A stretch of 64,000 nucleotides of DNA from assembly GCA_003971905.1 (NCBI GenBank), contig RSEE01000057.1, forward strand, positions 62,001 to 126,000. Direction: 5' to 3'. The first letter of the stretch is position 1, and each line of letters begins with the position of its first letter. This DNA is from Moniliella sp. 'wahieum' (taxonomy: Eukaryota). Positions 36,971 to 48,899 of the stretch are shown in pieces. The notes under the pieces are model-generated. The model was given only the letters and a program-made list of their open reading frames with translations, had not been told where the DNA came from and ran no database searches. A program made the translations under genes and the position numbers.

Positions 36971-37873
36971 TCAATGTTCAGCGGCGCGAGCGTGGCGGGG
37001 TGGGCCTATTGGGATCCCCAGACTCCCCAGACTCCCCAGACTCCCAGACTCATATAGTGGTACAACCTTCTCAGGAGCGAGGGGCAGCAGCGCAACACGC
37101 TTATTGGAGAAAAGACTGGGTAGGGACTCACTACGTAGGTGGGAACGCGAGTGCTCAGGATGGATGGAGACAGATAAAGGGGTGTCCAGAGAGCGAGCGA
37201 TGGGAAGAGGGCCACGAATAGATAGTGTCAAGGGGCGAACTGGGACCAGCGCGCGTACCGATTCCTGGGGCAGGAGGGGCAGGAAGGGAAATGCATCGTC
37301 GCTGGAAGTGGGTTGGCTGATGGGATGCTCGGGGGGATGCTTGGGGGGATGCTGGAGGGGCGAAGAAGACAAAATGGAGGAAGTGTTGGATGGGGAGGAG
37401 GGAAGGGAAGGAAGGCGAGATGCAACGGGAGACGCGGCGAGGCGGATGCGGGTATAGTGCGCAACAAGAGTGGGAAGATGGGCAGCGGCAATGCTGGTGT
37501 TGCTCAAAGAGACGGCGCCTGCACGGACAAGACGGCCGGGACAGGGTGGGGCAAAGGGATAAGCGGGCTGGGACGAAGGTGAGACGAACTGGCGCGGCAG
37601 GAGAGGCGAGAGGGCATGGAGATGACATACGTGTGGAGGGGGTTCAAGATGCTCTGGACAAGCTCTTCGTCCTTTCGTGATGCTGGGCAAGGCTGGGCAA
37701 AGGGGAGCGAAGGCAGAGGCGGATGCTGGGTGGGGATGGGGGCTGGTGGCGCGCCCGGGAAGCGATGGCCACTGTCGGATGCCGACGGCTGAGGGGCTGA
37801 TAATTTGCGGCGTCCACCGGCACAGCTGCATACGAACGAAAGAGGAGGAGGAGGGCGCGGAAGAGGTGCTCAT
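36971..37873 (-). CDS. Hypothetical protein; 3' end uncertain
   Basis: Long open frame, ATG at 37873 in GCC-ATG context, host-like GC content; no family recognised. Confidence 0.3.
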   Translation of the reverse strand: MSTSSAPSSSSFVRMQLCRWTPQIISPSAVGIRQWPSLPGRATSPHPHPASASAFAPLCPALPSITKGRRACPEHLEPPPHVCHLHALSPLLPRQFVSPSSQPAYPFAPPCPGRLVRAGAVSLSNTSIAAAHLPTLVAHYTRIRLAASPVASRLPSLPSSPSNTSSILSSSPLQHPPKHPPEHPISQPTSSDDAFPFLPLLPQESVRALVPVRPLTLSIRGPLPIARSLDTPLSVSIHPEHSRSHLRSESLPSLFSNKRVALLPLAPEKVVPLYESGSLGSLGSLGIPIGPPRHARAAEH

Positions 37874-38704
37874 GGCAGCCGTGGTGGGAAAGGGCGGTGG
37901 GAGGGCTGATGGTGGTGGCAGTGGCGGCCGGATCAATCTGATGCCCCCACCCGGACCTGCCCGTGCGGCGGACGACGCGTAACTGGCCGGCTGCCGATGG
38001 CCAGTGCCACCCTGGAGCAATGTCAGTGACTTGGTGTTAATGTGTTACTGCCCAGTCTGAGAAAATACGATACGCGGCTTTCAGCCGCCACATGCACGTG
38101 CACCTTATCAATGTGTCGCGCTGGGTGCCCCCGGGATTTAATGATTAAATGACGCGTTGTCCCCGATTGTAGCGACGCGTACGACAGCCTGACAGATTGG
38201 CGTGCACGCCCAGGAGATCGATGGCACGCGATGACGACCGAGTCTAGGAGACAACACCCCTGCTGCTGCGATAAGAATTAAAGCAGCAGAGTTAACTATA
38301 AGGAGATGAGTCCGATGGGAAGAAGAACCGACGGAATGATTTTCGATCGGATTTGGCCTTAGGCCGTAGGTCGGATGCATATAGCATTGAAGTTCAACGA
38401 GCGAAATATTACATGACTCTCTCCCCAGGGTCGTCACTATAGTAATAAACCCTATCAATTGCGAGGAAATAACCGGGAGGGCAAAACGCCACAGAACTTA
38501 GTGACTCGCTCCATATGCTCCAAGAGTGAGATCTGAGGGTCTGTGAGAGCAAAGCTATATAGTAACTACTTAGTAATGAGAGTAATGATTGAAAACCATT
38601 TGAAGGGGAGGCGTGGCGCCCCCCGCCCCCCCTAACCCCCCTCTTATCACGACCACATCGATCCTCTTTCTCCGCCTGGTAAATGTTTGGTACGGACTGC
38701 AGTG

Positions 38705-39105
38705 GACCCGAGATGGTCCGACCCAAGCTAAGGCCCGCCTGCTCCGCACATGCCCAGTAGAGCGTGCTCCCGTGGCCAACCAAGTGTGATGCATGGTTGG
38801 CTAAATTAGGTACCGTGGTTAGAAGGGCCATGCATCCGCGACAATAGTAGCCCCCCCGCCCAAGTCCAAGTCGGTTGGCCTATAAATAAGGCCACCGGGC
38901 TTCCAGTGTGGTTACGACGACTATCGCCTCTGTCCCCGTTTCCTTTTCCTTTCTCGGTCGCGCCTGCGGCGACCAACCCCGCTTCTGACGTGTCTTCCTT
39001 TCTACACCTCTTGGATCCGTTCCCTTTTGATCTTACCTGTACCCCTGGTTGATGGGGATCCATTCCCCACCTTCCACATTCTCGTCTCCACTTTCGTATC
39101 TGTCC
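38705..39105 (+). repeat. Dispersed ~400-bp repeat, copy 1
   Basis: Colinear anchors shared with copy 2: CCAAGCTAAGGCyCGCCTGCTC, CTCGGTyGCGCCTGCGGCrACCAAC, TTCCCTTTTGATCT, GATGGGGATCC. Confidence 0.85.
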
Positions 39106-39667
39106 AGTTGAAAACTCCACGTAGGCACAGCCCTAGAACCCCAATCGCACTAGGCCGCTGACAGGGAGCTTCGGTCCGACAACACAGGAAGCACAGAGGA
39201 GGATGAGGGTCTGGCTGTTTTGATCACACGAGAGGCAGAATGAGAATGCCAGAAGATGAGAATTACGACGATGGGCGACCCTTGGCAGGAGAACTCACGA
39301 TGCATGCGAGTATGCCCCCTTGGCCTCCTCATGAGTGTTGGGAGATGGTTTCTTGGCCAGAGTCTTGTAGGTGTTGTTCTGCTGAAGCTCTCTCTCGGAT
39401 CGATTCAATCGGCCTTCGCTGTTAGATAGATCACGTCAATCTTATCGGCCAGTGACCGGTGCAATTCCCTCTCCGCGCATCCGATCCCCCGTGTGCTGTG
39501 CTTTGAAATGTAACCTCCCAACATTCTCGTCGGCAACCGGAACAGCGCAGCCGGTCAGCCGTCACGCGTCGCGCTTCACGCGCCACATGTCATCCGCACC
39601 AAGCCTGAGGCCAGGAAGCCCGGGGCCGAAGCCACCCCACCACCACCACACCACCCGCTCTTTCTCC

Positions 39668-41977
39668 ATGGCCGCGCCTCCGCTTGCGACTGGGCCTGCT
39701 CGCTCCGAGCAGGGCGCTTACCTCCTCCACCCAAGCCCCTTGCTGACACCGGCGTCGGCCGCTTGCTGGCGTACGTCAATGCCACCCACCATCTCAGCCT
39801 CGCCTCGTACGACCAACTTTGGGCATGGTCCGTCGCCCAGCCCGCTCTCTTTGGGAAGCAATCTGGCGCCACCTCGGAGTCGTTTCCTCCCACGACTGGC
39901 TCACCGCCAGTGCTGGCCCTGGCCGCGGTCTGGTCCAACCCGGTGGGCAGCCTACCGACTCCGACACCCCCGCCATCTGGCCCCCACCCCTCTGGTTCCA
40001 CGGGAGCAAGCTCAACTTTGCCGAGAACATGCTGCGGTTCTGTGTGCCCGGACGGGCCGAACGGGACAAGATGGCTCATTTCCGCTAGCGAGGGACGCCC
40101 CGGCCCGAGGCGACCGGCGACACTCGTGCAGAGCTGTGGCAGGCTGTCGCATCTGCGATCAAGGCCCTGCGCAACCTGGGTGTTCAACCGGGCGACCGCG
40201 TAGCAAGTTATGCGTCCAACATTGGTGAAAATCTCATTGCCTTCCTCGCTGCATCGGCCGTGGGTGCCATTTGGGTGTCTGCCGCCGGCGATCTCGCGCC
40301 CGATGCAGTGCTCGACCGACTTGCAACCGTGCGTCCGCGCGTCCTGTTTACCGTCAACGCAACGGCGTATGGAGGCAAGATGCACGACCATCTCAGCAAG
40401 CTGGATGATGTGGTGACCCGCCTTAGCGCCCTTCCGCCGCCCCAGCCTATTGCTAAGCCCACGTCGGACGACTGGCTTGACACCACACCATCCGACCTTG
40501 CCTCCTCGCCCTCCGACAAGCTGGAAACAGTCGTCCTGATTCAGGACCTGGATGTGGGCCCCTCTCTCAACGAGGCCGTTGCCGCTCGCAACGGACGCGA
40601 TGGAATTCAATACGTGGGCTGGGATGCGTTCTTGGCTTCCTCTCCGGCAGAATCAGAGGAGAAGATTGAGTTTGCCCAACTCGACTTTAACGCCCCGCTC
40701 TGGATTCTCTTCTCGAGCGGCACGACGGGGCGTGCCCAAGGCGATCGTGCACCGTGCGGGTGGGATGCTGCTTCAAATGATTAAGGAGCATATGGTCCAC
40801 GGCGATCTAGGCGAACAAGATGTTTCCACTATTATTCCTCGGTCGGGTGGATGATGTGGAACTGGAGCGTCGGTGCCCTGTTCTCAGGAGCCACGTTGAT
40901 CCTGTACGACGGAGCGCCGTTGAGCCCTCCGCGGGTGCTATGGGAGCTGTCGGACCGGCTGGGAGTCACCATTTTCGGCACGTCTGCAGCGTACTTGTCG
41001 GCATTGGCCAGCAGTGGGTACCGTCCCCGGGAGGCACTCCCAGGACTAAAGGTGACCCAGGTGTTGTCGACTGGTAGCCCACTCCGCGCCGATCTCTATC
41101 CGTTCATTCACGATGCGATCGGCCCTGTCGTGATTGGTTCCATTACGGGAGGCTCGGACATCTGTTCGCTGTTTGGCTCACACTGCACGGCTGTCCCAGT
41201 ATATGCGGGGGAAGTGCAGTGCCGTGGGCTGGGGATGGACGTGGATGTGGCGGATGGATGGGGCAAATCAGTTCCCCTCGACACAGAGGGGGACTTGGTT
41301 TGCCGCACTCCGTTCCCTGTGCAACCACTGGGACTGTGGAGTCAGCCGTGGCGCAAGTACTTTGACTCGTATTATGCCCAAACGCCAGGCTCTTGGCACC
41401 ATGGCGACTATGTGCAGCTGACGCCGCATGGGGGGCTGGTCATGCGTGGACGATCGGACGGGGTGCTGAACCCGGGCGGAATCCGTTTCGGCTCGTCGGA
41501 CCTGTACGATGTCCTTGACGCGGGCACGACATTGCCCGCCACTCCTGACACCAACCTCTTGTCGGCGATCAAAGATTCGTTGGCGGTGGGGCTCCTCACG
41601 CCCGCTAAGGATGACGAGGTGGTGGTCTTGTTCTTGGATGTCGACCCTGAGGTTATACCCGAGGGGGACGAGGCCAAATGGTCCGAGTTGGCCAACCAAG
41701 TCAAGAAACTCATCCGCACCCACCGCAGTCCGCGTCACGTCCCCAAATTTGTCGAGCGCGTTACGCCAGGGGGGTGTGCAAGACGCTCAACGGCAAAAAG
41801 GTTGAAGTGCCCATCAAGAAGATCATCAATGGCCAGCCCACGAGCATCGTCAATCCCGCCACGCTCCAGAACCCGACGGCACTGGAGCAGTACGCTGTCA
41901 TCTCCCAACGCCTCCGCGCCGACTTGGCTGCTCAGAATGCCGCTCTGGCTGCCCGCTTGGCTAGCATGAACAAGTAG
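39668..41977 (+). CDS. AACS: Acetoacetyl-CoA synthetase (acetoacetate-CoA ligase, ANL superfamily)
   Basis: SYDQLWAWSV, WFHGSKLNFAENML, ILFSSGTTG-PKAIVHRAGG, GWMMWNW, STGSPL, SITGGSDICSLF, GRSDGVLNPGGIRFGSSDLY, NGKKVEVPIKKII. Confidence 0.92.
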
Positions 41978-44658
41978 CCGAACTTGACTCGGCTCAAAGC
42001 ATATTCCTGCTTCAAGTAACCCAATCTAGGCAGCATCTTAGGAGGCCATGGGCACTTGTGTGGTTGAAGCAAAACGTTTGTTGATGTGACATGTTCATAT
42101 GAACAAAAAATGAGCACTCTCTAATACGTACGTATAGTTGGCTTCATCCTTGCCGAAGTTTAGACGGTCCGTCACAAGGGATAGTATAGCGCGTCGTGTA
42201 CTACAAAGATGGTGGAGCTGGAGGGTCAACTGGAAGGCTGTCGTGTTTGGTGCGCAGTTAATCGTTAAAACATACCTTTGGGACCGGTTAGACGGGCATA
42301 GTTGTCCATTCGCCAAAAGTAGCAGCGTTATACTTCAGCAGGCCGATAAGTAGCCCCAGGGACAAATGCATGTGGTTGACTCTCGGTACCTATCAAACGC
42401 CTGTGATATACCCCAAGCTGAAACCATCTTCGTTTACCGAGACGAGCGAACCTAAGCGCGGATCCTGGTGGACCTCGATGTTGCTGATGAGCTATCTGCA
42501 CGTATAAGCTACCACATCACTGTTGTAGATCATCCATAGTTAGTCCATTAAGGGCACCTTAGGTACTCAGAGCGACTAGTCACAAGAGGCGAATTAATGT
42601 AAAGGCGGCGAGCATGCTAGTCTATAGCCAACGACAGCCCGGAGTCCACTGCAGTCAGTTGCTAGCAGATTTTTCCCTACGATATAACCTCTTACACTGC
42701 CCAAGGCAGCGGCAATATGGCCAGTACGATCAAAAGAACCGCTCAGAGAAGAACGAGTTAGGGGCAAGGAGGAAACGTGCACACCAAATTCTGCTCCAAA
42801 ACGCCGCCTGCTTCCGCTGCTGCCACCCAACCTGTGACCACCCAAATAGGTGGCATATATACTGACATGGCGGGTTCTGACCAACGAAAATGCCCACAAT
42901 GCCGTCTCCACCTTGTTGGAGTGAAAGTTGAGGAGCGGGGCCCGCCGTGACGGAGAACCTACCCTCTGGCACCGCCGAAGGATCTGATCTGGTATGATCT
43001 AAGCTGAGAGAGGTCCGTCTGCTCTACTCAAACCCAGCAGAGCTCCCTATCAGCCTCAACCACGCGATGGCTCGAGTGGCCACCTGTCATTGGTATACGC
43101 GGGACGATAGCCGCCCCATGTCCAAGCGGAAATTGGTGGCCGTCATGGTGGTGCCACTGAATTGTTAGCCCCTCAGTTATTGTGAGGATAGTTGCCCATG
43201 TCTCTTTACTTTATTACCTTTTTCTTGGCGTTTTCCTTTGTAGCAATCACCGCACTGTTCTCTCCTGTGTCCCCCATTATTCCTCTACTGCACTGATGCT
43301 TCCCTTTTAGTCCCTGTCTATAAGCCTTGGTTCTTGATTTCTTCTCACTTCGGTCCAATGGCTTTTCTTCACCTCCTGCAAGTGATCCAGGTCTATAACG
43401 GGCGAAGGCTGGTAGGCGGGCCAACGGAGTCCGTACTTTTCCTCACGTCACAAAAAAGGCGAGCATTGGTCGGCGGGCCAATATCGTATTTATCCCCCCT
43501 CCGTTGCCTGCTCCCATGATGCCTTTGGCACGCATCCTCGAAGAAGCACGGAAGGAGCGGGGCTCGAAGGAGAACAGACTTGACTTGACTCTCAATGCCG
43601 ACACTCGAAGGAAGGAGATCACGAACCCCGCACGCGACACCAATTCACCCCTGCAGTCTCCTAGTCTCCTTTCTTTCAACATGCGAGACTTTCGATTATC
43701 CCGGCGAATAAATATACCAAACCATAATGATGACTAGAGCTTGTTGAGGTAGCCCCGGTGAAACCAAAAGTTCAGGCATTCTCGCAGTTGACCCCCCCTC
43801 CCTAGATTAAGCCGAGGAGCTACTTTGGTCACACGCATGACACGGGCGTTATAGCCTGGTTTTACGCATACGCTATGACAAGACGTGACCATGACCATTA
43901 CGTGTACAGACGGCCTGGAACGTTACTTGTTCCGAAAAATCATGAATCCAAACATAAAAGAAGCTATGGGACCGGTAGCTGGAACGAGCTTCAGACATAT
44001 ATTATTCGGGATTAATCTACGTGGAACACTTAAAACGACCAACATATAGCAGTATTTATGCATACGCTAATGATTTTGTTGGCTGTAAAAGCACAGAATG
44101 ACATGATATTTGTGAGAGTCATTCGAGATCATCGAGTATGTCGAGTGCAGACGGTTTCCCTAACCAAACACATATCTGACTAGGATGCGATAACATCGTA
44201 TCAACCTGTTGGTTTTGTATCAAGGTTAATTCAGGTATATTCGACATTGACCCCCTCATCTTCACAATTGGGCTCAGCACACCCATTTGTTTCTGCAGTC
44301 CAGATATGCGGTAACAGGCACTTCTGTTATTAAGTTGGACTCGTGCTTCCTATACACGTGGGCGCGCAGCACTATCACCATTTCGAAGCCCCTCGCCAAC
44401 TGGTATGCGTTTTCATAATTATAAACTCTTCTGAAGATGAAAACTGAAGTGCAGTAGGTCTGCTTTCATATAAATTTCATCGCAGTAATTTGTTAGCCAG
44501 AGTGTCCGCCATTAAAAAAGGCACGCCACCAGACATGGCGAATTCAGTTGTGCATCTGAAGCCATTCTGGAGGGATCAAGAGTCACCAACAAAACATGCG
44601 GGGTCCTCAGTGCGTTAACATCTCATAGAGTCATAGAAGGCCGACAAACACGACTCTC

Positions 44659-45050
44659 TTGTCGCTACCATTTGGTCATCAAGTTTCGTATTGTTTTCAG
44701 TGGGTCATCGTATATGCTAACGGAAAAGGATACTTGACAGCAGACGCCCAGGTCCTAACAGTGATGTCATGGATACATTATAGAACCTTTCATTTAGACA
44801 TCAATGACGATGACAGGCGTGATGACGGAGAGGAAGAGTGTCACAGACTTGTGACCAACATGGCCGTCTCATTATTCGTTCTTCAAGGTATATTGCCTCC
44901 CGTCACACAATGACAACATCCTCTTTTTGAAATGACCTATCCGTTGAGAAATCGTGTTTCCTTCTTTCCCGCGGATACTCTGAAGAACCTATCGATCGAT
45001 GTTATGGGATAGATGCCTTTCAATGGCTCCACCAGATGTTTCAGGAAATA
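44659..45050 (+). pseudogene. Possible TET/JBP-like 2OG-Fe(II) dioxygenase relic
   Basis: One frame with internal stops: YRTFHLDIND (HxD at 44791) ... HPLFEMTYPLRNRVSFFPADTLKN (distal His position reads AAC at 44986) ... GSTRC. Pattern recall only. Confidence 0.35.
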
Positions 45051-48000
45051 GGGTTACCGTGGGCTAGCGAGTTCACTCACAGAGTTTCGATTACAGTGGA
45101 AACTATGTTGGCCAATCTGACAAGTCGGGGCAACGTATCCCTGCATGAACGCCTGACAAAAATGAATGCTGCGACATTTGTGGTCTGGTATAGACTAATT
45201 GTTTGGGTTCAATTTTTTGCAGTCTCTTACTTATCCTTTCTTTGTTGAATCGGAATGGTTTGGGGAACGGTATGGTTACAGCACTCAAGGCCATTGCACA
45301 TGGAATATCGTCAGTTACCGATCATTTGTATCGTCTCTCGTTCAATGGCCTGTGCATTCCAGTAAGAGAGCGCTGGAATTATGATCAATCTTACCATTGA
45401 TATGACTAATATGTGACGCAGCTAACCAAACGTGTATGCACAGTCCCAACCGTTCACAATTAATGAAAAAGGAGACCACAACAGCACCCAAGGCAACTCA
45501 ATCTAATCTATTGTCAGGTTATAACACAATCACATGGATAAACAGGAAACCTCAATGAAGCTTCCGTTAGGCAATGTCACCAAATGGTTGACGATACCTG
45601 GGGTGACTCAGTCCAGGAGACAGATGACGCCACGATACCTCCAAACTGATCCAGTGCAGATATGCTTTTTAGATCAAGGTCTACTAGCATAAAGTAAGTG
45701 TTCCTGTGGATGTGTTTCGGAGCTTGCCTTCATCATGGAAAAGTCAGAACAGGATATTCAGCCCCTCCACATCTCTCCATCGGCCGACTTGGCGGACCTG
45801 AAACTGGCCATTCTGTCCTGTCTTTGTTTGCATATTCTTCAATGCATCCAGTAGTGTTCCCTGTCGGATTGCATTAGTATTTCATTAGAATTTCGAACCC
45901 TGTATTAACGTTCTCGCCCCCATGTGGGGCCCCATTTACGGGGGAAGAAAGGTTGTGCACCAGTTTCTTCCGCCCTTCGCTGCACACTAAACAATCATTA
46001 TTTTTTCCCTATGTATGCTAGGCTGTGTGCAAGACGAGCGTGGCCAACGTTATCAAATGGGGGAGACCGGTATGGTGACATGGGTTACAATGCAACATTC
46101 AGCACGACTAGCTTGCCCTTAGTAAGGGGTGTGACTACGTTGACTTGATATCTAGTGCTTGTCAGTATATCAACCACGTCTGATTGCTCTTGCCTCCAGT
46201 TGTCGGTTCAATCACTCCGGCTCACATTTCCTCATTCCATTTCCAACTTCCAGGAGCTTGGTAGGATCCGAGATCCAGCGATTCCAGTGCTGACATTAAG
46301 CTCAATATCAGTATTGTGCTGCCTAGCCACGGGTTGCGTTACTTCATACATACAAATGCAATACATTGTCCTTTTATTGACTTGTCCGGAACCAACACCC
46401 GTTGAAGCGGCGGTAGGGCATCTATTAATTCCCTCGAGCCGTTTGGCAGCCCCACTTTTGCTGTTTTCGCCCCTACTTTTGACCATATAACCCGCAACAA
46501 AGACCCTTTATTCATAGCAACAGAATACTAGGTAGGTTTGGTCTGGAGGAGCCGATAGTGGCCACAAGTAGTAGTATATTCAGGCGGTGTCATGCATCAT
46601 GGGGCGTCCCCGGGGTGGGACCTTCCCCTGTGTGGTTTAGGGGTATAACTCTTTTGGTGATCAATCGGTGCCACGTACAATATATCCGGCATCTATCATT
46701 CTTATCCTGGCCAAACGGAGGGGGGGTGTGTGGAGGCGAGAGAGAAGAGACCCACTTAGTAGTTTGAGTGGCCGTCTGTGTTGAAGGCCGCAACTCTTCA
46801 GACCCTCCGATGATAGAGAACGTGCGGTGGTCGTCAAGGCCCGTTGAAGGGGTCCAAGTACCCCGGTGACATCGGATCTATTCATTACTATTCGGGCGGT
46901 ATATAAGAGTAGCACTTTTTTGATACGGATATGATCTCCCTGAATGTGAGTCACCCCAGGGGGGAATAGGTTTAGGGTACAATCCCTTGGAGATCCTAAG
47001 GTCGACAGACGGTAGTTACGCTCTTGGGCTGATTGGGTCCGAACGGATCTATAGAGACAAATAGAGTCCTGTCGGCGTATCAATTAGTCGTAGCAGAGGC
47101 GGTTGCAGGTATGGCAAGGCTGCATAGCATCGACTTAGGCAGCAGTACTAGCGTGTCTCAAGCCTTCGGGTTCAGGGACGGGAAGGAGGCAGCGGAGGAC
47201 CTACACTGCCGGACTGATGGAGCTGTTGGACTGGGACTGTGGGGCTGGTGGAGGCGGGATCACTCGCGGCTCAACTGAGCTGGGTTTCGAGATGCAGTGC
47301 CGGCGCTTATTGTGGGCTGAGGCCACGCGCGAACTGTGGGTTGTCTGAGGACGAAGAGCTGGAGAAGGGAGCTGGAGGACTGAGGAGGAGTTGCCTGTAC
47401 TGGCTTTTGATCAAATGACGAGAAGAGTATGGGGAGACCGCCCATGAACCGTATGGGAAAACCACACGAACCATTTTGCTAAAAGACAGCGACTAAATAA
47501 AAAGGAAACAACTCAATGATAGAGGAAGAACGGGGAACACTACATGAGTGACAGTTGCAGCACAAGCAACCTAGGAAGGCAAGGTAAACGGACACGGGGA
47601 GACTCGCACCGAAAAATACTACTCGCATTTGATTGGGTGGCCATGCGTGGCCACCAATTCATTTGGACCAGACTCTTGTCGCGCGGATACGTAGAACTGG
47701 TAATCGCGCTGGTGAGCTTGCCAGGAGCAATCGAACTGACTTGAATCTGGGGCGCGTTCTATTGTTGGGTCGAACGGACGTGTCACAGTCGGGGCTAAGG
47801 CGAGGGAGACCAGAATCGGACTAGGCCAAGGGGTGTAGCAATCGTTCGTGGGGAAGAAGCAAGAACAGAGGACATGGTGCGAAGTGGAAGAAACAGGAAG
47901 GAGCGAGACGCTCGAGACGAAGAAATTGGAAATGGGAGCGAGATCAGCCAAACTATGACAGCCGACGGGCCTCACCTGAGATCGGATCAGATCGAGTCTG

Positions 48001-48899
48001 ACCCCGGCATGACCAACCTGGGAAGGGGGTGACGAAGGTCTATCAGGCTTACCAGCCCGTCTTCGCCCGTGACACAATGAGTAAAGCACTGAAAGCCCGG
48101 CAGTGTGACTAGAAGACTAGTTGGACACAACGAGAAGGCGAAGGCTGCAGAGAATAGGTCGCCAGCAGGCGAGCGGACGGTGTGGTTTGTTGCTATATGA
48201 ACCGCAGACAAATTGAATATCTTCCGCGCTATACGCTGATAGAGTATTGTCCCTGGGTGCGGACCACCTGTTGATGGATACAAAATCTTCATAAAAACAT
48301 AGAGAGGGCTCATATGACAATAGCAATGAATGGACATGAGGCTACGATTAACAGAACGAAGGGCGTGGGTAGCAAGAAGACAAGAAACCAGAGCATAAAG
48401 AAAAAGGGAAAAGGAAAGGGGGCTATACGCCAACGGGGGCAGTCTAGCGTTGTGGGGTAGTGTGGCCGGTGTTGGTGCGGTTAGGGCCGCACGGTCATAG
48501 TCAAGCTATGAGAGTCCACGTCACAACAGTATCAAAAGTTAGTTATCAATGTCGGGATCAGACTCGCTTGATCACGTTCTTTGTCACCAAATTGTCTGCC
48601 CCCCCTTGATTTGTTCTAGACCCTGCTTTCCCCCTTTGGATTGTGCTCCCTCTTCCCTCCATGTGATTTAGCTCGCGTGTTCTCTTCTCTCCGAGGCATA
48701 TATACCTCGCTCCCTTTCCACTCGATGAATATGCCAGATCCTCGTTCTTCCACACCATCTCCATCTCCTGTTAATCAAAGTAGACAACCCATGATCTTAT
48801 CAGTCCCCAGAAGATGGGAGAGCCCCACAATAGGGGGCTCACCCGGTGTTTAAGGGGCACAATCCCATGCAGTTCGGAAAGTTCGACTCATGATATTTT

